Shown: one piece after another, positions 17,850 through 32,419 of the stretch
How the letters are laid out: each line of letters starts with the position of its first letter
Position numbering within the stretch: position 1 is the first letter of the stretch
NCBI RefSeq assembly: GCF_009914755.1
Contig: NC_060927.1
Source: the human T2T-CHM13v2.0 reference genome, Homo sapiens
Length of the DNA stretch: 64,000 nt
Reading direction: 5' to 3' (one strand)
Notes under the pieces: model-generated
What the model was told of the DNA's origin: nothing
Databases searched by the model: none
Seen by the model: the letters and a program-made list of their open reading frames with translations, nothing else
Made by a program: the position numbers and the translations under genes

Positions 17850-19160
17850 TTTTTATTTTATTTTTCTTATTTTTAAAATTGATATGTAATTGCTGTACAT
17901 ATTTGGGGGGATATATAATATTTTGATACCTGTGCACAGTGTATAATGATCAAATTGGTAAGAGTGCTATCCACCTCAAACATTTATTTTTTCTTTGTGT
18001 TGGGAACTTACAACTCTTCTCTTCTAGCTATTTTGAAATATACAATAAGCTGTTGTTAACTGTAATTTCCCTACTGTACTATCAAGTACTAGAACTCACT
18101 CTTTCTATCTAACTGTATTTTTGTACCCCTTAACCAACTTCTCTTCATCCTCCCACCCTTCTTCATCAGCAGCTGGTAACTATCATTCTACATTCTGCTT
18201 CCCTGAAATCCACCTTTTTAGTTCCCACATATGAATGAGAACGTGCAATGTTTGTCTTTCTATACCTGGCTTATTTCACTTAACATGATTTCACTTAACA
18301 TCCATGTTGCTGCAAATAACAGGATTTCATTCTTTTTTGTGACTGAATAATATTCCATTGTGTATATATCTGATATTTTCTTGATGCATTCATCTGTTGA
18401 TGACACTTAGGTTGTTTCCAAACCTTGGCTATTGTGCTGCAATAAACATGGGAGTGCAGATTTCTTTTTCATATACTGATTTTATATACTGATTTTTATA
18501 TACTGATTTCCTTTCTATTGGGTATATACCCAGAAATGGGATTGCTACATCATATGGTAGTTCTATTTTTCGTTTTCTACGGAACCTCTGTACCGTTTTC
18601 CATAATGGCTGTACTTCTTTAATTTCCACCAGCAGTGTCCAAGCACTCCCCCTTCTCTGTATCCTTGTCAGCATTTGTTACTTTTTGTCTTTTTGGTGAT
18701 AGCTATCCTAACTGGGGTGAGATGCTATTCATTGTAGTTTTGTTGTACATTTCCCTGATTATTAGTGATGCTGAACATTTCTTTTTGTATATTTGTTGGC
18801 CATTATATGTCTTCTTTTGAGAAATGTCTATTCAGGTCTTTTGCTTATTTTTTAATTGGATTGGTTTTTTTTTGCTGTTGAGTTGCTTGGGTTCCTTATA
18901 GATAGATAGTGGTTCTTAATCCCTTGTTGGATGTATAGTTTGTGAATATTTCTCCCATTCTGTAAGTTGTCTCTTCCCTCTGTTGTTTCCTTTGCTGTTC
19001 AGAAGCCATTTAGCTTTATGTAATCCCATTTGTCTGATTTTGCTTTTGTTGCCTGTGTTTTTGAGGCTGTACTCAAAAAATCTGTGTCCAGACCAGTGTC
19101 CTGTAGTGTTCCCCCAATGTTTTCTTTTAGTAGTTTCATAGTTTCAAGTCTTACATTGAA
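17850..19160 (-). mobile_element. L1MA-like 3' end, antisense (interrupted by MER75; resumes 19674-19700)
   Basis: ORF 18429-18674 is ORF2 C-terminal-like; ttacattgaa / ttaaatctttaatccattttgagttg continuity across MER75. Confidence 0.88.
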
Positions 19161-19673
<513 letters not shown>

Positions 19674-19700
19674 TTAAATCTTTAATCCATTTTGAGTTGA

Positions 19701-19976
19701 TTTTTTTTTTTTTTGAGACAGCATCTTGATCTGTTGCCCAGGCTGGAGTGCAGTGGCAGAAGCATGGCTCACTGGAGCCTCAACTTCTTGGGTTTAAATG
19801 ATCCTCCCACCTCAGCCACCCAAGTAGCTAGGGCTACAGGTGCACACCACCACGCCCAGCTAATTTTTTCAAGTTTTGTAGAGATGAAGTCTCTATGTTT
19901 CCCAGGCTGGTCTGGAACTCCTGAGCTCAAACAATCCTTACACTTTGGCCTCCCAAAGTGTGGGCCATGTCGGGCC
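19701..19976 (-). mobile_element. AluJ, antisense
   Basis: Poly-T then gagacagcatcttgatctgttgcccaggctggagtgcagtgg. Confidence 0.92.
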
Positions 19977-19979
19977 ATC

Positions 19980-22200
19980 TTTGTGTTTTAATTGGAGTAT
20001 TTAGTGCATTTATATTTAATACAATTACTGACAAGTTTGGGTTTAGACCTGCCATCTTACTATTGGTCTTTATTTTGTTCAGCCCTGTCTATTCTTTTTG
20101 TCATCTTTCCTACCTTCTGGATTAAGTATTTTTTATTACTTTAATTTCCCCCCACTCTATTAGCTTGGCAGTTATAGACTCTTTTACTGTTTAATGATTA
20201 CCCTAAAAAGTACAGAATGCACACTTGACTTATCAAATTAGAATTTTACCTTTTCTAGGATAATCTAAGGTTTTTAGAACCCTTTAACTTCATTTAACCC
20301 TCTCCCATCTTTCAGGCTATTACTGTCATATATTTTAACTGCACAAGACATTATTGTTTACACAGTTAATATTCATTGACTCGAATTTATCTTCATGTTT
20401 ACTCATTTTGTTCTTTATTTCTTTATCTTCAGTCTTCAAATCTGTAGTCATTTTTCTTCTATCTAAAGAGCACCCATTAGTGTTTTTGTTTGTTTATTGT
20501 ACAGGTCTGTGGGTGACAAATTCTTTAGTTTGGTGTTTGCATTTTATTTTGTTGTTGTTTTGGTCTAAAAATGTCTTCATTTTATCTTCATTTTTAGAGT
20601 TTTTCTGTTGCTGGGCATAGAATTATTGGTTGACAGTCATTTTCTTTTGGTTCTTTGAAAAAAAAGATCCATTTTCTTCTGGCTTCCATTGTTTTAATTG
20701 AGAAGTTAGCTCTCAAATTTAAAAGCTGGCTGCTTTTAAGATTTTCTGTATATCATTGGTTTCAGCAGTTTTGCTTTGATATGATATAACTAGGTGGCAT
20801 TTTTTTTCTAAATTTATTCTACTTGAGGTTTACACAACTTATTGAATGTCGTCTTGTTAGCTTGATGTCTCTCATTAATTTCTGAAAATTTCTAGTCAGT
20901 GTCTCTTCAAAACTTGTGCTCTGTTTTCTCTAATTTCTTTTGGGTATTCTAACTATATACATTATACCTTTATACTGTATTCTCTGTGTCTCTTTTGCCT
21001 TTCTTTTCTTCTCCCACCCACTTTTTTTTGTTATGACATATTCTTTTTCCTTTCTATGCTTCAGACTAGATATTTTAGCTATCTTTTCTTCCAACTCACT
21101 ATTTCAGTTTTCAACTGTGTCAAATATGCTATTAAATTCATCTGTGAGTTACTTTACATTTTATAAAATTTATCTTTGATTCTTTTTTTTTTTTTTTTTT
21201 GAGATGGAGTCTTGCCCTGTCACCCAGGCTAGAGTGCAGTGGCGTGATCAGCTCACTGCAACCTCTGCCTTCTGGGTTCAAGCAGTCCTCCTGCCTCAGC
21301 CTCCCCAGTAGCTGGGACTACAGGCGCGTACAACCATACCCAGCTCATTTTTGTATTTTTAGTAGAGACGGGGTTTTGCCATGTTACCCAGGCTGGTCTC
21401 AAACTCCTGACCTCAGGTGATTCGCCTGCTTTGGCTTCCCAAAGTGCTGGGATTAACGGCATGAGCCACCACACCTGGCCTGTCTTTGGTTCTTTTTTAT
21501 AGTTGACAGATTTCAGTAGAAATGCTTGATATCTTATTTTTTTCTCTATTAAAAATAGTTATTTCAAATTTGTATCTCATAATTCCATTATCTTGGTCCC
21601 TTGTAGGTCTATTTATATGTTTGATATTTGGTAATTTTAAAAAATCTCTTTATGCATTCAGTTATTTTTGATTGAGTGCTAGACATAGTACATGAAAAAC
21701 TGTGGAGATAATTTAAGTATCAAGATGATATTGTTTTCCTTCAGAGAGAATTTATATTTTTTCTGGCAGAAGTCTGGGAATCACCTTAATCTAGTTTCAG
21801 AGCTTGAGATCACTTAAAGCTGGGCTTTAGTCCCTCAGGAGGCTGTTCCATTTCTAGTTCCTCCTGCTCTTAGGTACAGCCCTTCAGAGTGCCCAGTTAA
21901 AACCCGGGGTTTTTACAAAGGCACCCCACAGCAGGCCCTAAACTCATATTTTTTCTTCTAGGTCAGTGAGGCTGTCAATAACTTCTCAGTCCCTTAGCCA
22001 CCTTGTCTGAAATTAGCAGACAACCCTAAAGGAAAATTGTCTCCAAATACCGTGCTTATCTCTTCAGATTATCTTCCCATCCTAGATCATGGTTTCAGAA
22101 TTCTGGATTATTTTCTTGGCTCTCTGATGGCTTCAGATAAAATTTTCCCCAGATTTTCTAGTTCTCAACCAGAATACTAACCTAAATTACCTAGTGTACG
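19980..22200 (-). mobile_element. Old L1M fragments, antisense (Alu inserted at 21181-21480)
   Basis: T-rich degenerate L1 (ggagtatttagtgcatttatatttaat, ctgggcatagaattattggttgacag). Confidence 0.6.
21181..21480 (-). mobile_element. AluS, antisense
   Basis: Full antisense dimer with poly-T. Confidence 0.95.
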
Positions 22201-22538
22201 TGTCTTAGTCTGTTCAGACTTCCACAACAAAATACTTTAGACTGGGTAATTTATAAATCATAGAAATTTATTTCTCACAGTTCTGGAGGCTAGAAAGTCC
22301 AAGATCAAGGTTCCAACTCATTTATATCTGGCGAGGGCTCACTCTCTGCTGCCAAGATGGCCCCTTCTTGCTGCATTCTCATGTGGCAAAGGGGCAAGGC
22401 AGCTCCCTTCAACCTCTTTTATGAGGGCACTCATCCCTTAATTACTTCCTAAAGGCCCCCACCTCTTAATATGATCACTTTAGGGATTAAGTTCCAACAT
22501 GTGAATTTGTGGGGGACACCAACATTCAGACCATAGCA
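22201..22538. mobile_element. MaLR solo LTR (MLT1A/B-like)
   Basis: TG...CA ends; tgtcttagtctgttcag, ttatttctcacagttctggaggctagaaagtccaagatcaagg, acattcagaccatagca. Confidence 0.88.
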
Positions 22539-22665
22539 GCACCTTTACTATAATAAGAAAGGCTTCCTTTAGTTTTCTCACCTGTTTTTCTGGATGGCAG
22601 GTATTCCAAGTATGCTCAGTTCTGTTAAGGAAAAGTGTAGCACCCATTTAAATGATACTGATTTT

Positions 22666-22960
22666 GACTGGGTATGGTGGCTCACGCCTGTTATCCCAGC
22701 ACTTTGGGAGGGTGAGGCAGGTGGATCACTTGAGCTCAGGAATTCGAGACTAGCCTGGGCAACATGGCAAAATCCTGTCTCCACCAAAAATACAAAAAAT
22801 TAGCTGGGCGCGGTAGCACACGCCTGTAATCCCAGCTACTTGGGAGTCTGAGATGAGAGGATCACTTGAGCCCAGGAGGCGGAGGCTGCAGTGAGCCAAG
22901 ATTGCACCACTATACTCCGGCCTGGGTGACAGAGTAAGGCCCCATGTCACTCACACAAAA
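22666..22960 (+). mobile_element. Alu (J/S)
   Basis: Full dimer; TSD aaatgata(c/t)tgattt. Confidence 0.93.
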
Positions 22961-23508
22961 AATGATATTGATTTGGCAGATCTGTGCTTCATGTTGTAAA
23001 CCCTAAGAAGTCCTTCCAAGTATCTTTCTTGGTACAAACTCTGAGAGAGATAGAGACCCTGAATCATATCAGTTATTAAATAAAGTAGAATTTAAAATTA
23101 CATGAAAGCAATTTTTTAAATTTTTAAATTAAGTATTGGGTAGAATTGTATTAACTAGGGCAAATGTCATGAACAAAGCAAGTAGAAAAGTACTAAATGT
23201 TCTGAAAGTACCAGCATCAGTACAGCCAGATATGCAGTGGTCCTTAACCTAGAGCATGACCCCACTCACCTAGAGGATAGAAGGAAGTGTTTGTGGGAGC
23301 CTAGTGGGCGTTGGATTATAGATACCAGATGTGCTGCAATGAGAGGAGTGGTCCTACAGAACAGAGAATTCTCTTGCCTCAAATGCCAATAGTGTGAAAA
23401 ACTATAGAGCGATAATTTAAGCTTCAGGATGTTATCCTTCTCCTGAGAGCCTTCATGTTTGCTTCTGGCAGCAAACACCAATAGAGCAAAAGACTCATAT
23501 AAAGTTAC

Positions 23509-23973
23509 TGTATCGCTTAGAATAGGCTATGCTCCTGGGAGAAGTAGACCTCCAAAATTCTGAGACTTAAGAAAAATTTATTTGTCATTCACATTGCAAT
23601 CTGGGACAGCGTGTGTAATCTAGGACAGTTGTCCAGTTTGGACAGCTCTTTTCCTCACACTGATTTAAGAGACCGAGGCTGCTTCCACTTGTATTCTCTT
23701 CTGTCCCCTAGGACCTTGTCATTATATGCATGGGTGCAGCTGGGCAGCTACGTCCAGATTGCAGCTGGCAGGAAGGGAGAGAAAGCATGGAGGAGGCATA
23801 CACCTTCTTCCAAGTTCTAACCTGGAGGTGGCACACTTCACTTATGCTCACTTCCATTAATGAGAACTGACACATGGTCACCTGTTCCAGCTAGGAACTG
23901 GGACATGTCATCTAGCTAAGTACCCAGGTAGAAGAAGAAATCGTTTGGTGGACAGCTGGCAATCCCTGTCACA
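23509..23973. mobile_element. Old MaLR LTR (MLT1J/K-like)
   Basis: aataggctatgct, ggaggtggcacacttcacttatgctcacttccatt, ends atccctgtcaca. Confidence 0.6.
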
Positions 23974-23998
23974 AGTGTAATGAAAAATATGACTCAAA

Positions 23999-24308
<310 letters not shown>

Positions 24309-24599
24309 GAAAAATATGACTCGAAAAACAACAAAAGGTAGAAGCTAGTTTGCACAATGCTCAAGTGCCAGGTCAAGTTTGGACTTTGTCCTGTAACCAC
24401 AAGGAAAACCAGTAACTATTTCCGAGCAGGGACACGGAATGCTTAGGATAATTATTCTGGCAACAGTGAGCAAAATAGATTGCGAAGACCATTTAAGAAG
24501 CTCTGACAGGGGTCAAGAAGTAAGAAGATAATAAAAGCAAGCATGGTGGTCATGGGAAGGAGAAAGAGGAACCAGTATTATTAGAGACATGAAATTTCA

Positions 24600-25010
24600 T
24601 TCATAATAACTAACATGCATTGAGCACTTTACATTTATTAACTTATTTAACCCTCAGAAAAACTTTATTATCCCCATTCCACTAATGCAGGAACTGAGAC
24701 CTAGAGTATGAGTTGGGACAGAAGCCAAGTCATAATAAGAGTTAAAGATACAGGAGTGATGAGGAATGTAGGCAGCATTCGTAGATTGCTGTAAAAAAAT
24801 GTGGCCACACAAGCAGGAAAGAGACAAGATAGATGGAGACGCCTCATCAGTTAGTAATAATAAGAACAGCTAATGTTTATTGAGCACTTCCTATGTCTTG
24901 GCCACTGATCTGGGTACTGTATACAAATTATCTCATTTAATCCATTTTACAGGTAAAAAGGCATAATTTGCTCAGAGTCACACAGTTAGTAAATGACAGG
25001 GCTGGAAATG
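24600..25010 (-). mobile_element. MIR fragments (two)
   Basis: ttattatccccattccactaatgcaggaactgagac; tttgctcagagtcacacagttagtaaatgacagggctgg. Confidence 0.7.
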
Positions 25011-25495
25011 TTTTCTCAAGAGGGGAACAAGCTATACTTTTGAAACCCAGCTCAACTTCTTTTTCTCTGTCTACTCTCTTGCTCAGCCCCACATTTCTCC
25101 CTGCCTTCCACCTCCTGATACATTTTTAGTTGTTGCCCCATGTTTTAGCATCTCATTATTACCTAGCAGTTTCCTATGTTGGTTATATTTAAACTTTTTC
25201 AGGCTGTGACTATCTTCCATCCTTTTCTTATTTTAAGAGTTCCTAGTCCAATATTAGGCATGTAGTACATACTTGAAAATATTTGTTTGATGACGTTGAT
25301 TATTTTGTTTTCAATATTCCAATAAACAGTTAATCAAGGACATATTTTAGATGTTTGTATACATTAGTTACACATGAATTCTTTTATTTCATCCATTTAG
25401 CTACTAACATATTGATTATAGAGGACTTTTTTTCATTCCTTTTATATTGCAGTATGATTGTCTTGTATTAAATGTGTCTGCTTCTTTCTTAACAG

Positions 25496-25563
25496 GTAGA
25501 TGCTGGCTGGATTGGATTTTGGTCCATAGTTGGAGGCTGTGTTGTTGGAATAGCTATGGCAAG
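25496..25563 (+). CDS. SLC49A4: SLC49A4 coding exon (probably exon 6), 68 nt
   Basis: ctttcttaacag|GTAGATGCT...ATGGCAAG|gtgaga; VDAGWIGFWSIVGGCVVGIAMA(R). Confidence 0.95.
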
Positions 25564-25743
25564 GTGAGAATATTTTGTTAAACTTGTGAGTGGACAGAGC
25601 AGGGGGAAAAAGCCTAAAGATAAATAGGCTCCCCTAAATAAACATTACAATTCAGGGAAAAGTAAAACAAGCAAAGGTCAGAAAGGGGTACTTGTTCAGA
25701 GTACAAGAAAATTCATATGCGTTATATAGAATTGCTGCTAACA

Positions 25744-26042
25744 GGCCGGGAATGGTGGCTCACGCCTATAATCCTGGCACTTTGGGAGGCTGAGGCAGGC
25801 GGATTACCTGAGGTCAGGAGTTCAAGACCAGCCTGGCCAACACGGCAAAACCCTGTCTCTACTAAAAACACAAAATTACCTGGGTGTGGTGATGAGCGCC
25901 TGTAGTCCCAGCTACCAGGGAGGCTGAGGCAGGAGAATTGCTTGAACCCCGGGAGGCAGAGGTTGCAGTGAGCCATGATTACGCCACTGCTCTCCAGCCT
26001 GGGCAATAGAGTGAGACTCCATCTCAAAAAAAAAAAAAAAAA
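25744..26042 (+). mobile_element. AluS
   Basis: Full dimer, A tail, TSD agaatt(t)gctgcta. Confidence 0.95.
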
Positions 26043-28179
26043 GAATTTGCTGCTATAAGAAAGTTTCTCTGGAGTATCCCTTCCTCAAGTGTTTTTTTCT
26101 GGAGACTGGAAATGTATTTCCAGTGTAGTTAAGGTGCCTCTTTCCATATTATTGGAGAACAACATCTACAAATGGAGACCAAAAAAGGTAATATAATAAT
26201 AAAGACAAATTAATAGCTGTGGAGACTAAAAGGGTTGAGAAGAAATCATTTGTAAAAGTGTCAATAGAACTTTCCATGAACAGGCAGTGTCCTGATTAGC
26301 AGACATTATTTATTTATGGTCTTTTTTGGCTGGTATTTTCCTATGGTTATCCCTTTTTGATGCAAAATGTCTGTGAAGACTTTCAGTTTCATCACACTCT
26401 CTTTGATCATAACCTATTACAACAACACATTGTTAGAATGAGTCAGAAGTAGGAAAAAGGTCCCATTCGTTCTAAAAAAAAAAAAAAAAAAAAAAAGGAA
26501 AAGAATTAAAATGTTACTCTCTTAGGCAACTGCCTATAAAACTATTCTTGGTATTTCCAAAGAGATAATATTCATTCACTTCCCAAATCATTTTACTCTG
26601 CTCAAAAACAAAATTAGGCAATCAACTTTACCATGAAGAGGAGAATCTAATTATATATTTGGGAAGATCAAATATAAGATCCACATATCACCTCAATATC
26701 TAAATACTTGAATATAATTGATACAGGATAATGTTATACCTAGACTTTATGGTTCACATAGTGTTTCAGGGATATTGAAAGAATAAATTGACACTGTAAT
26801 TTCTAAATCACTTTATTTGAAGTGTTAGGAAAATATAAGAAAACTAAAAGCTAAAGAAGCAGAAGGGGAATATAGTATTTGTAGGAAATCACTGATACTA
26901 AAAATACATTGACCTGTCTTATTTTGACAAGAATCATACCTCATTTTTCTAGTTAAATCTCCAAGCCAATTATAGTGAGTCATTGATCACATCCTATTCT
27001 GAGCACCAAATTGGTCAAAGGGGGAACAATTATGTATCAAAAATGATGTCTCAAATGCTCCTTTGTCATTATTTTCCTTCTATACCCCTTAATTTTAACT
27101 AGATATAGATATAATTAAAGGGAAAATTTAGAATGAGGACTTTTCTGCTTTTAATTTGTTGAAATGGAAGTTCTAAAAAAATACTACCCTTACTCTGGGA
27201 TCTGAAGTCAATTTCAGTTATCTCCTAGCCCTAAAATCAATTTTAAAATTACTTTCCTGACACCATTTTTTGGGATTCCCTAGGACAGTGCTACCTTGTA
27301 GACATACATGAGTGCTTTGGGTGATATTTTTGTAATTAAAGACCACTATTAAAGATACTTCTTCGTCCTAATAATACACTTCAATGGTATCAGCCTATTC
27401 GAAAGGACTGGATCTCCAAAAATAGCAGACTACAGTTGTCGGTTTATTCTTGTATGATCAGTTTCTGTGAAACTTTCTTGCAATTCAACTCTGATTTGTA
27501 CTAAAAGCCTGTTTTATTCTCTTATACCTTGTCATCTCTGTATCTGACAAATAAGTTTATGCAGCATACCAAAATGTAAATCTGAAAACTGTTAGGTAAG
27601 CGTGGGATTAAAACAGTCTTTTGGATTTTCTTGAGGAATATTTTGTAAAGCTGTGGAAACTTTTTCAGCATACCTAAGAATTTTCTGCTTGAGGACAAAT
27701 TTAAGTCACTGGGCAAAAGTGCATTCATTTTTCCCACCAAAAGATGGCATCAGCTCTCATAGGAAGTCATTTTATTCTAGAAAACACAAACATGATTAAC
27801 CATATCATGTCAAATAAGTACAAAACAGAAGATAGTATTCAAAGTTTTAAGAAGGACAGTCACATAATTACAATAGAAATGTAAATCAACTTTAGAAAAT
27901 TAAAAGTGAAGAGAATATAGTAAATGTTGTATTTGAGATGGGATCAGCTATTCTATAAGAGGAACAGTTCTGAAGGACAGAATAAATTGTGCAGCCAGAG
28001 GATTGTGCCCGTACAATCAACAGTTAATCCACAGGTGAGGAAAAGCAGCTGGCAAGTGGAAAATTTTTTTGGCATAGCTAATGATAAGCGTCTCTACCAG
28101 ATGCCCTTTAGTTTCATGAAAACTCAAACATGAAAACTTAAAATGCTATAAAAGTCCCAAGTTTAGAAGAATAATATTC

Positions 28180-28620
28180 ACTATTCCAGATGCCGTGTAT
28201 GTTTTGTTCTCAAGAAGTTTACAATCTGGTAGGGAAGACAAAAATAAATGCAAAAACAAGAGTTTCCAATAGAGAAAGTGCTATGAAGAAATAAAATAGA
28301 AAGTGGAGGTGGGATGGGGAAAGACTTCTTCACTGAGCCCAGAGGGCCTTGTTGAACTGAGACCTGAATGACCTGAGGGGTAAACAGGAGTAAGACGTGA
28401 AGATCCGGGTGGTACCAGCATTCCAGGCAGACGGAACAAGTACGGAAGCTACATATTGCTGTTGTAAGCAACCATGGCATGTATGAGAAACAGAAACATG
28501 GCCATCCAACTGGAGAACAGTAGAAGAAGAGAGAGCAGGGCCAGGCAGCAGGTCACATAGGACCTCAGAGGCTCTGGTGTAGGCATCTGTGTTTGTTCTC
28601 TAAGTGAGTTTGAATTTTGA
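28180..28620 (-). mobile_element. L2 fragment
   Basis: ctcaagaagtttacaatctggtagggaagaca, tgaactgagacctgaatga, agcattccaggcaga. Confidence 0.7.
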
Positions 28621-28756
28621 GAGAGATCTTTGCAAGTTCATGTCAACAAGTTAGCCTGATTTTCAAAACTAAGATAATACATGTTCATTATAGAATGTTT
28701 GGAAAGTATAGAAAAATATGAAGAAAATGACAGTGACACTTAAAAACTCAGAATCA

Positions 28757-29015
28757 ACTGGGCATGGTGGCTCATGCCTGTAATACCAGCACTTGGAGAG
28801 GCTGAGGTGGGAGGATCCTTGAGCCCAGGAGTTCAAGACCAGTCTGGGCAACATAGAGAAACCCTGTACACACACAAAAAAATAATAATTAGCCCAGCTA
28901 CTCAGCAGGTTGAGGTGGAAGGATTGCTTGAGCCTGGGAGGTGAGGCTGCAGTGAGCCGTGATCACATCACTACACTCCAGCCAGGCAATGGTGAGATCC
29001 TGTCTCTAAAAAAAA
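28757..29015 (+). mobile_element. AluJ with a small internal deletion
   Basis: Dimer; TSD taaa(a/c)actcagaat. Confidence 0.9.
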
Positions 29016-29265
29016 GTAAACACTCAGAATATATCCTATAAATTATAGATCCTGAACAAAGATGCCGTTTTTTGTGTTTTATAAGAGAAAAAAAATTATC
29101 ACAAAGTAACATCATACAAGAAAATTTGTTTTAAAAAAACACTGAAAACTGTCTTTTAAAAGAATATATGGAAAATTCCTCAAGTAGTTGTTAGTGAAAG
29201 TGTGTCATTTGCTTAAATAGTATTTTTAAATCCCACTAGAATTAATAGAGCATTTTTGTTTTTAG

Positions 29266-29393
29266 GTTTGCAGATTTTATCAGGGGTATGCTGAAACTAA
29301 TTCTTCTCCTCCTGTTTTCGGGAGCTACACTGTCATCCACGTGGTTCACCCTGACCTGTTTGAACAGCATCACACACCTACCTTTAACCACAG
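29266..29393 (+). CDS. SLC49A4: SLC49A4 coding exon (probably exon 7), 128 nt
   Basis: ttttgtttttag|GTTTGCAGAT...ACCACAG|gtgagc; (R)[42 protein letters not shown](V). Confidence 0.95.
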
Positions 29394-29956
29394 GTGAGCA
29401 TAGGCTATTTTTGAACTTTTAATAAATATTTTCATTCACAGAAGTGTACATAACTCTGACAGTAGGACTTCTTCTTGCTTTCTGTAAGTAATTGTTAAAT
29501 ATACAAAAAAGTTTCTCTTGTCCAGTCATCAAACCATCATCTTATCTAAAGAGTCCAAAAAATAACTAAAAATATTTTAATTGGTATTTTTCACATGGAA
29601 AAGAAGTATAATCTTTAGCCTTAACACATAGAGCATGGAAATGCTTATATTTGTTTAAAATTTCTATCAGAGCATAATACAAAGATTTTTATCTTGGTTA
29701 TAGTCATTATATCACTGTTAAATAATAATAATAATTAACAAGGCAAAAAACTATGGTATACTTCAGTAAAGTTATTTGAACCAGCCCCTATAGGTTTATT
29801 TTACATTTAGTGTTATTCCATCATTAATACAAAGCAAAACTTACTGGAAATACCTGTTGAAAGTATATTACAGCCAGCTTACTTAGCTTATCTAATGGAC
29901 CTGAAACATTTTTAGTTGCTGTTGTTTTTCTTGTCATTATTAATATCATCAATTCA

Positions 29957-30489
29957 GAGTCTATTTTCTATTGCTGCTGTAAAAGTTATGCAAATTTAGC
30001 AACTTAAAACAACAGAAATTTATTATCTTACATTTCTGTAGAGTAGAAGTTCAATACAGGTCTCACTGGGCTAAAATCAAAATGTGAACAGACTCTAGGG
30101 AAGAATCTTTTTCCTTGCCTTTTCCAACTTCTAGAGGTCACCCACATTCCTTGTTTATGGCTCTGTCCTCTGCCTTCAGAGCCAGCAACCTTGGGTCAAG
30201 TCCTTTTCACGTTGCATTATCTGTGCCTTTCTTCCATCGTTACATCTGCTTCTGAACCCTTCCCTTCTGCCTTCTTCTTTCTTCCTCTTCCACTTTTAAG
30301 GATGCTTATGATTACATTGGACCCACCAAGATAATTTGGAAAAGTCTGTCAATTTTAAGGCCAGCTGATTAGCAACCTTAGTCCCATTTCAACCTTAATC
30401 CCCTTTGTCTTGTGAAATAACATATTCACAAATTCCAGAGATTGTCATGAATATCTTTAGGGGAGGGAGGGCATTACTCTGCCTACCAT
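29957..30489. mobile_element. MaLR solo LTR (MLT1D-like)
   Basis: ttttctattgctgctgtaa, caggtctcactgggctaaaatcaa, gctgattagcaacctta, attactctgcctacca. Confidence 0.85.
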
Positions 30490-30979
30490 GGGATCTTTTT
30501 AAAATTACTATGACAGATTATTATTGGCTTATAAACCAGAGACTCTGTTATTACTCCTTCCTTTCTTCCAGCAAAATATTAAGATGCATATTTTATATTA
30601 TTTGCAAGTAATATTCAGCCACCTTTTGCATTATATATTTAATTATAGGATTATTTGGTAGATTGTAAGATTGTAACAGTCATTTATAACAAGCATTTGT
30701 GTGAGTAGAAATAAATAAGAGTCTGAAAGTGACTCCATGGGGACCTATTGCCCAGTGGCATGTATGTTCCATGGGAATCTTTGAGAAGGCAGGTGTTTTT
30801 GGTCTACATTATATGTAAGGAATATCCCACTTTGGATCTCTATACTCTGTAATAAAAGAACCAGCAGTTTACACATCAGAGGCATCAAATCTTTCAAGGA
30901 CAGCCATTTATTTGGGATTTCCTACCACTTTTACAGTGATAATAGGGCAAGGGGATAAGATTGCCCTATACTCAAAATT

Positions 30980-31537
30980 AGCAACCTCTGCACCAAGCCA
31001 GCCACCCTGGAGTGCCTCAGTAAGCTCACAAGGGCAGCACAGGGATCTGCAACATCTGTCAGATACTGGTTGAACCTCTAGTTCAGAGAAGTTCCCAGTT
31101 TCAGCATTAGATTCTGCTGCATTCTTTTCGATGACATCGTATCTTTGCAAAGTAATTTTTTTGGTGGTTGCTGTGATAAAAAGGAAGTACCACACAAGTA
31201 CCACACAAAAATTAGTGTGGAACACAAAATGAGGGTGGGGGTGTCCAGTCTGATTCCAAAACTTTTAAAAGTCTTGCAGTGCGCATCAGTGCACACATCT
31301 CATCAATAAGTAATTGTGGTTCTTTAAGGATGAAATAAAAATATATTTCTTTCAGCTTATGAGTATTATTTTTTTAATGGCTACTAAATTGTTAGGATAT
31401 ATCATACATGTTATTAAATAGTTTGAACCAAAGATGTGATTAATGGGATTGTTAGCTGTTTCTCTTGGCCTTGGAACACTGAAAAAATTACTGAGACGCT
31501 AGGAGTGCTAAGAACAAAGAAGGCCTGGAAATCCCTG
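30980..31537. mobile_element. Charlie4a-like hAT transposon
   Basis: + strand remnant TSYLCKVIFLVVAVIKRKY (hAT transposase C-terminal motif); terminus gaaaaaattactgagacgctagg...ggaaatccctg. Confidence 0.8.
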
Positions 31538-32419
31538 TTCTACACCATCCTGCCAACAGTCCCTCTTCTCTGTACACATGCTTTGCCTGGAAAACCCAGT
31601 TGTCCAAAGTAATAATTAGATACAGAGTAAAATACTGTGCACTGTTGTACACAACTGGCATCCTACATTGGAGTTTTGAACAATTTTGGCAAGTATTCTG
31701 AGCCAGAGCCAGAATTTTTTTAAAATTTTATTCTGGTATAACTTCATAATTTAGCAGTTGTACAACATTCTGGTGGAACAGTCTTAGTTTACAACTCTTC
31801 TTATTCATGGCATTACATTCAGATTTTTTGTGTGTGATACTGTATGTCAAGTTAGCATCTGTGGGATTTTACAAGAACATAGTCATGAGTACATAAAGAA
31901 CAGATTTCTTTCCCTTGAATTAAGTGTAGAATTTTTATTATAAGATAGTACATTCCATTAAATTTTATGTATTTTCAATTTAATGTGATAACAGCTTTAT
32001 CTCTGGGTAGAATATTAAGAATGAATTTAATTTTTTAATCTCTTTTTTTTGGTCTGGATTTGTATGAGCATGTTTTAATTTTATAATCGGAAAAATGCAT
32101 TTGAAAGTTATTCATCTTTTAAATCTTAAAATTGATGTGATTGACCCTAGTCAAGACCATATTTTACCAGTCTGGTATTGAAAACAATTATGTTGGACAG
32201 AAAGGAAAGCAGAATTCTAATTAAGGCCAGAATTGAAAGATAGAATTGATGTGGCCACCTTAACAACCACAGAATTTATAAGTTCTACTGTTGTTTTCAA
32301 TTGCAAGTAAGTTTTTGAATGTCACTTAGATACTCTTGAAAGATGTATTTTTACCTTACAAGCACACTGGGTTACGGACTAGATTTGTCCACATTCCTTC
32401 TCTGAATTATAGCAGGTTT

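Noticed and set aside
26700-26950. Possible CR1/L3 RT remnants (also near 33600-33900 and 35700-36060)
   Set aside because: Too degenerate to support by eye; needs an nhmmer search against Dfam.
30908-31296. Minus-strand ORFs of 105 and 72 aa
   Set aside because: Antisense of a Charlie4a transposase remnant; the sense frame is short and broken by an 11-bp duplication (aagtaccacac x2).
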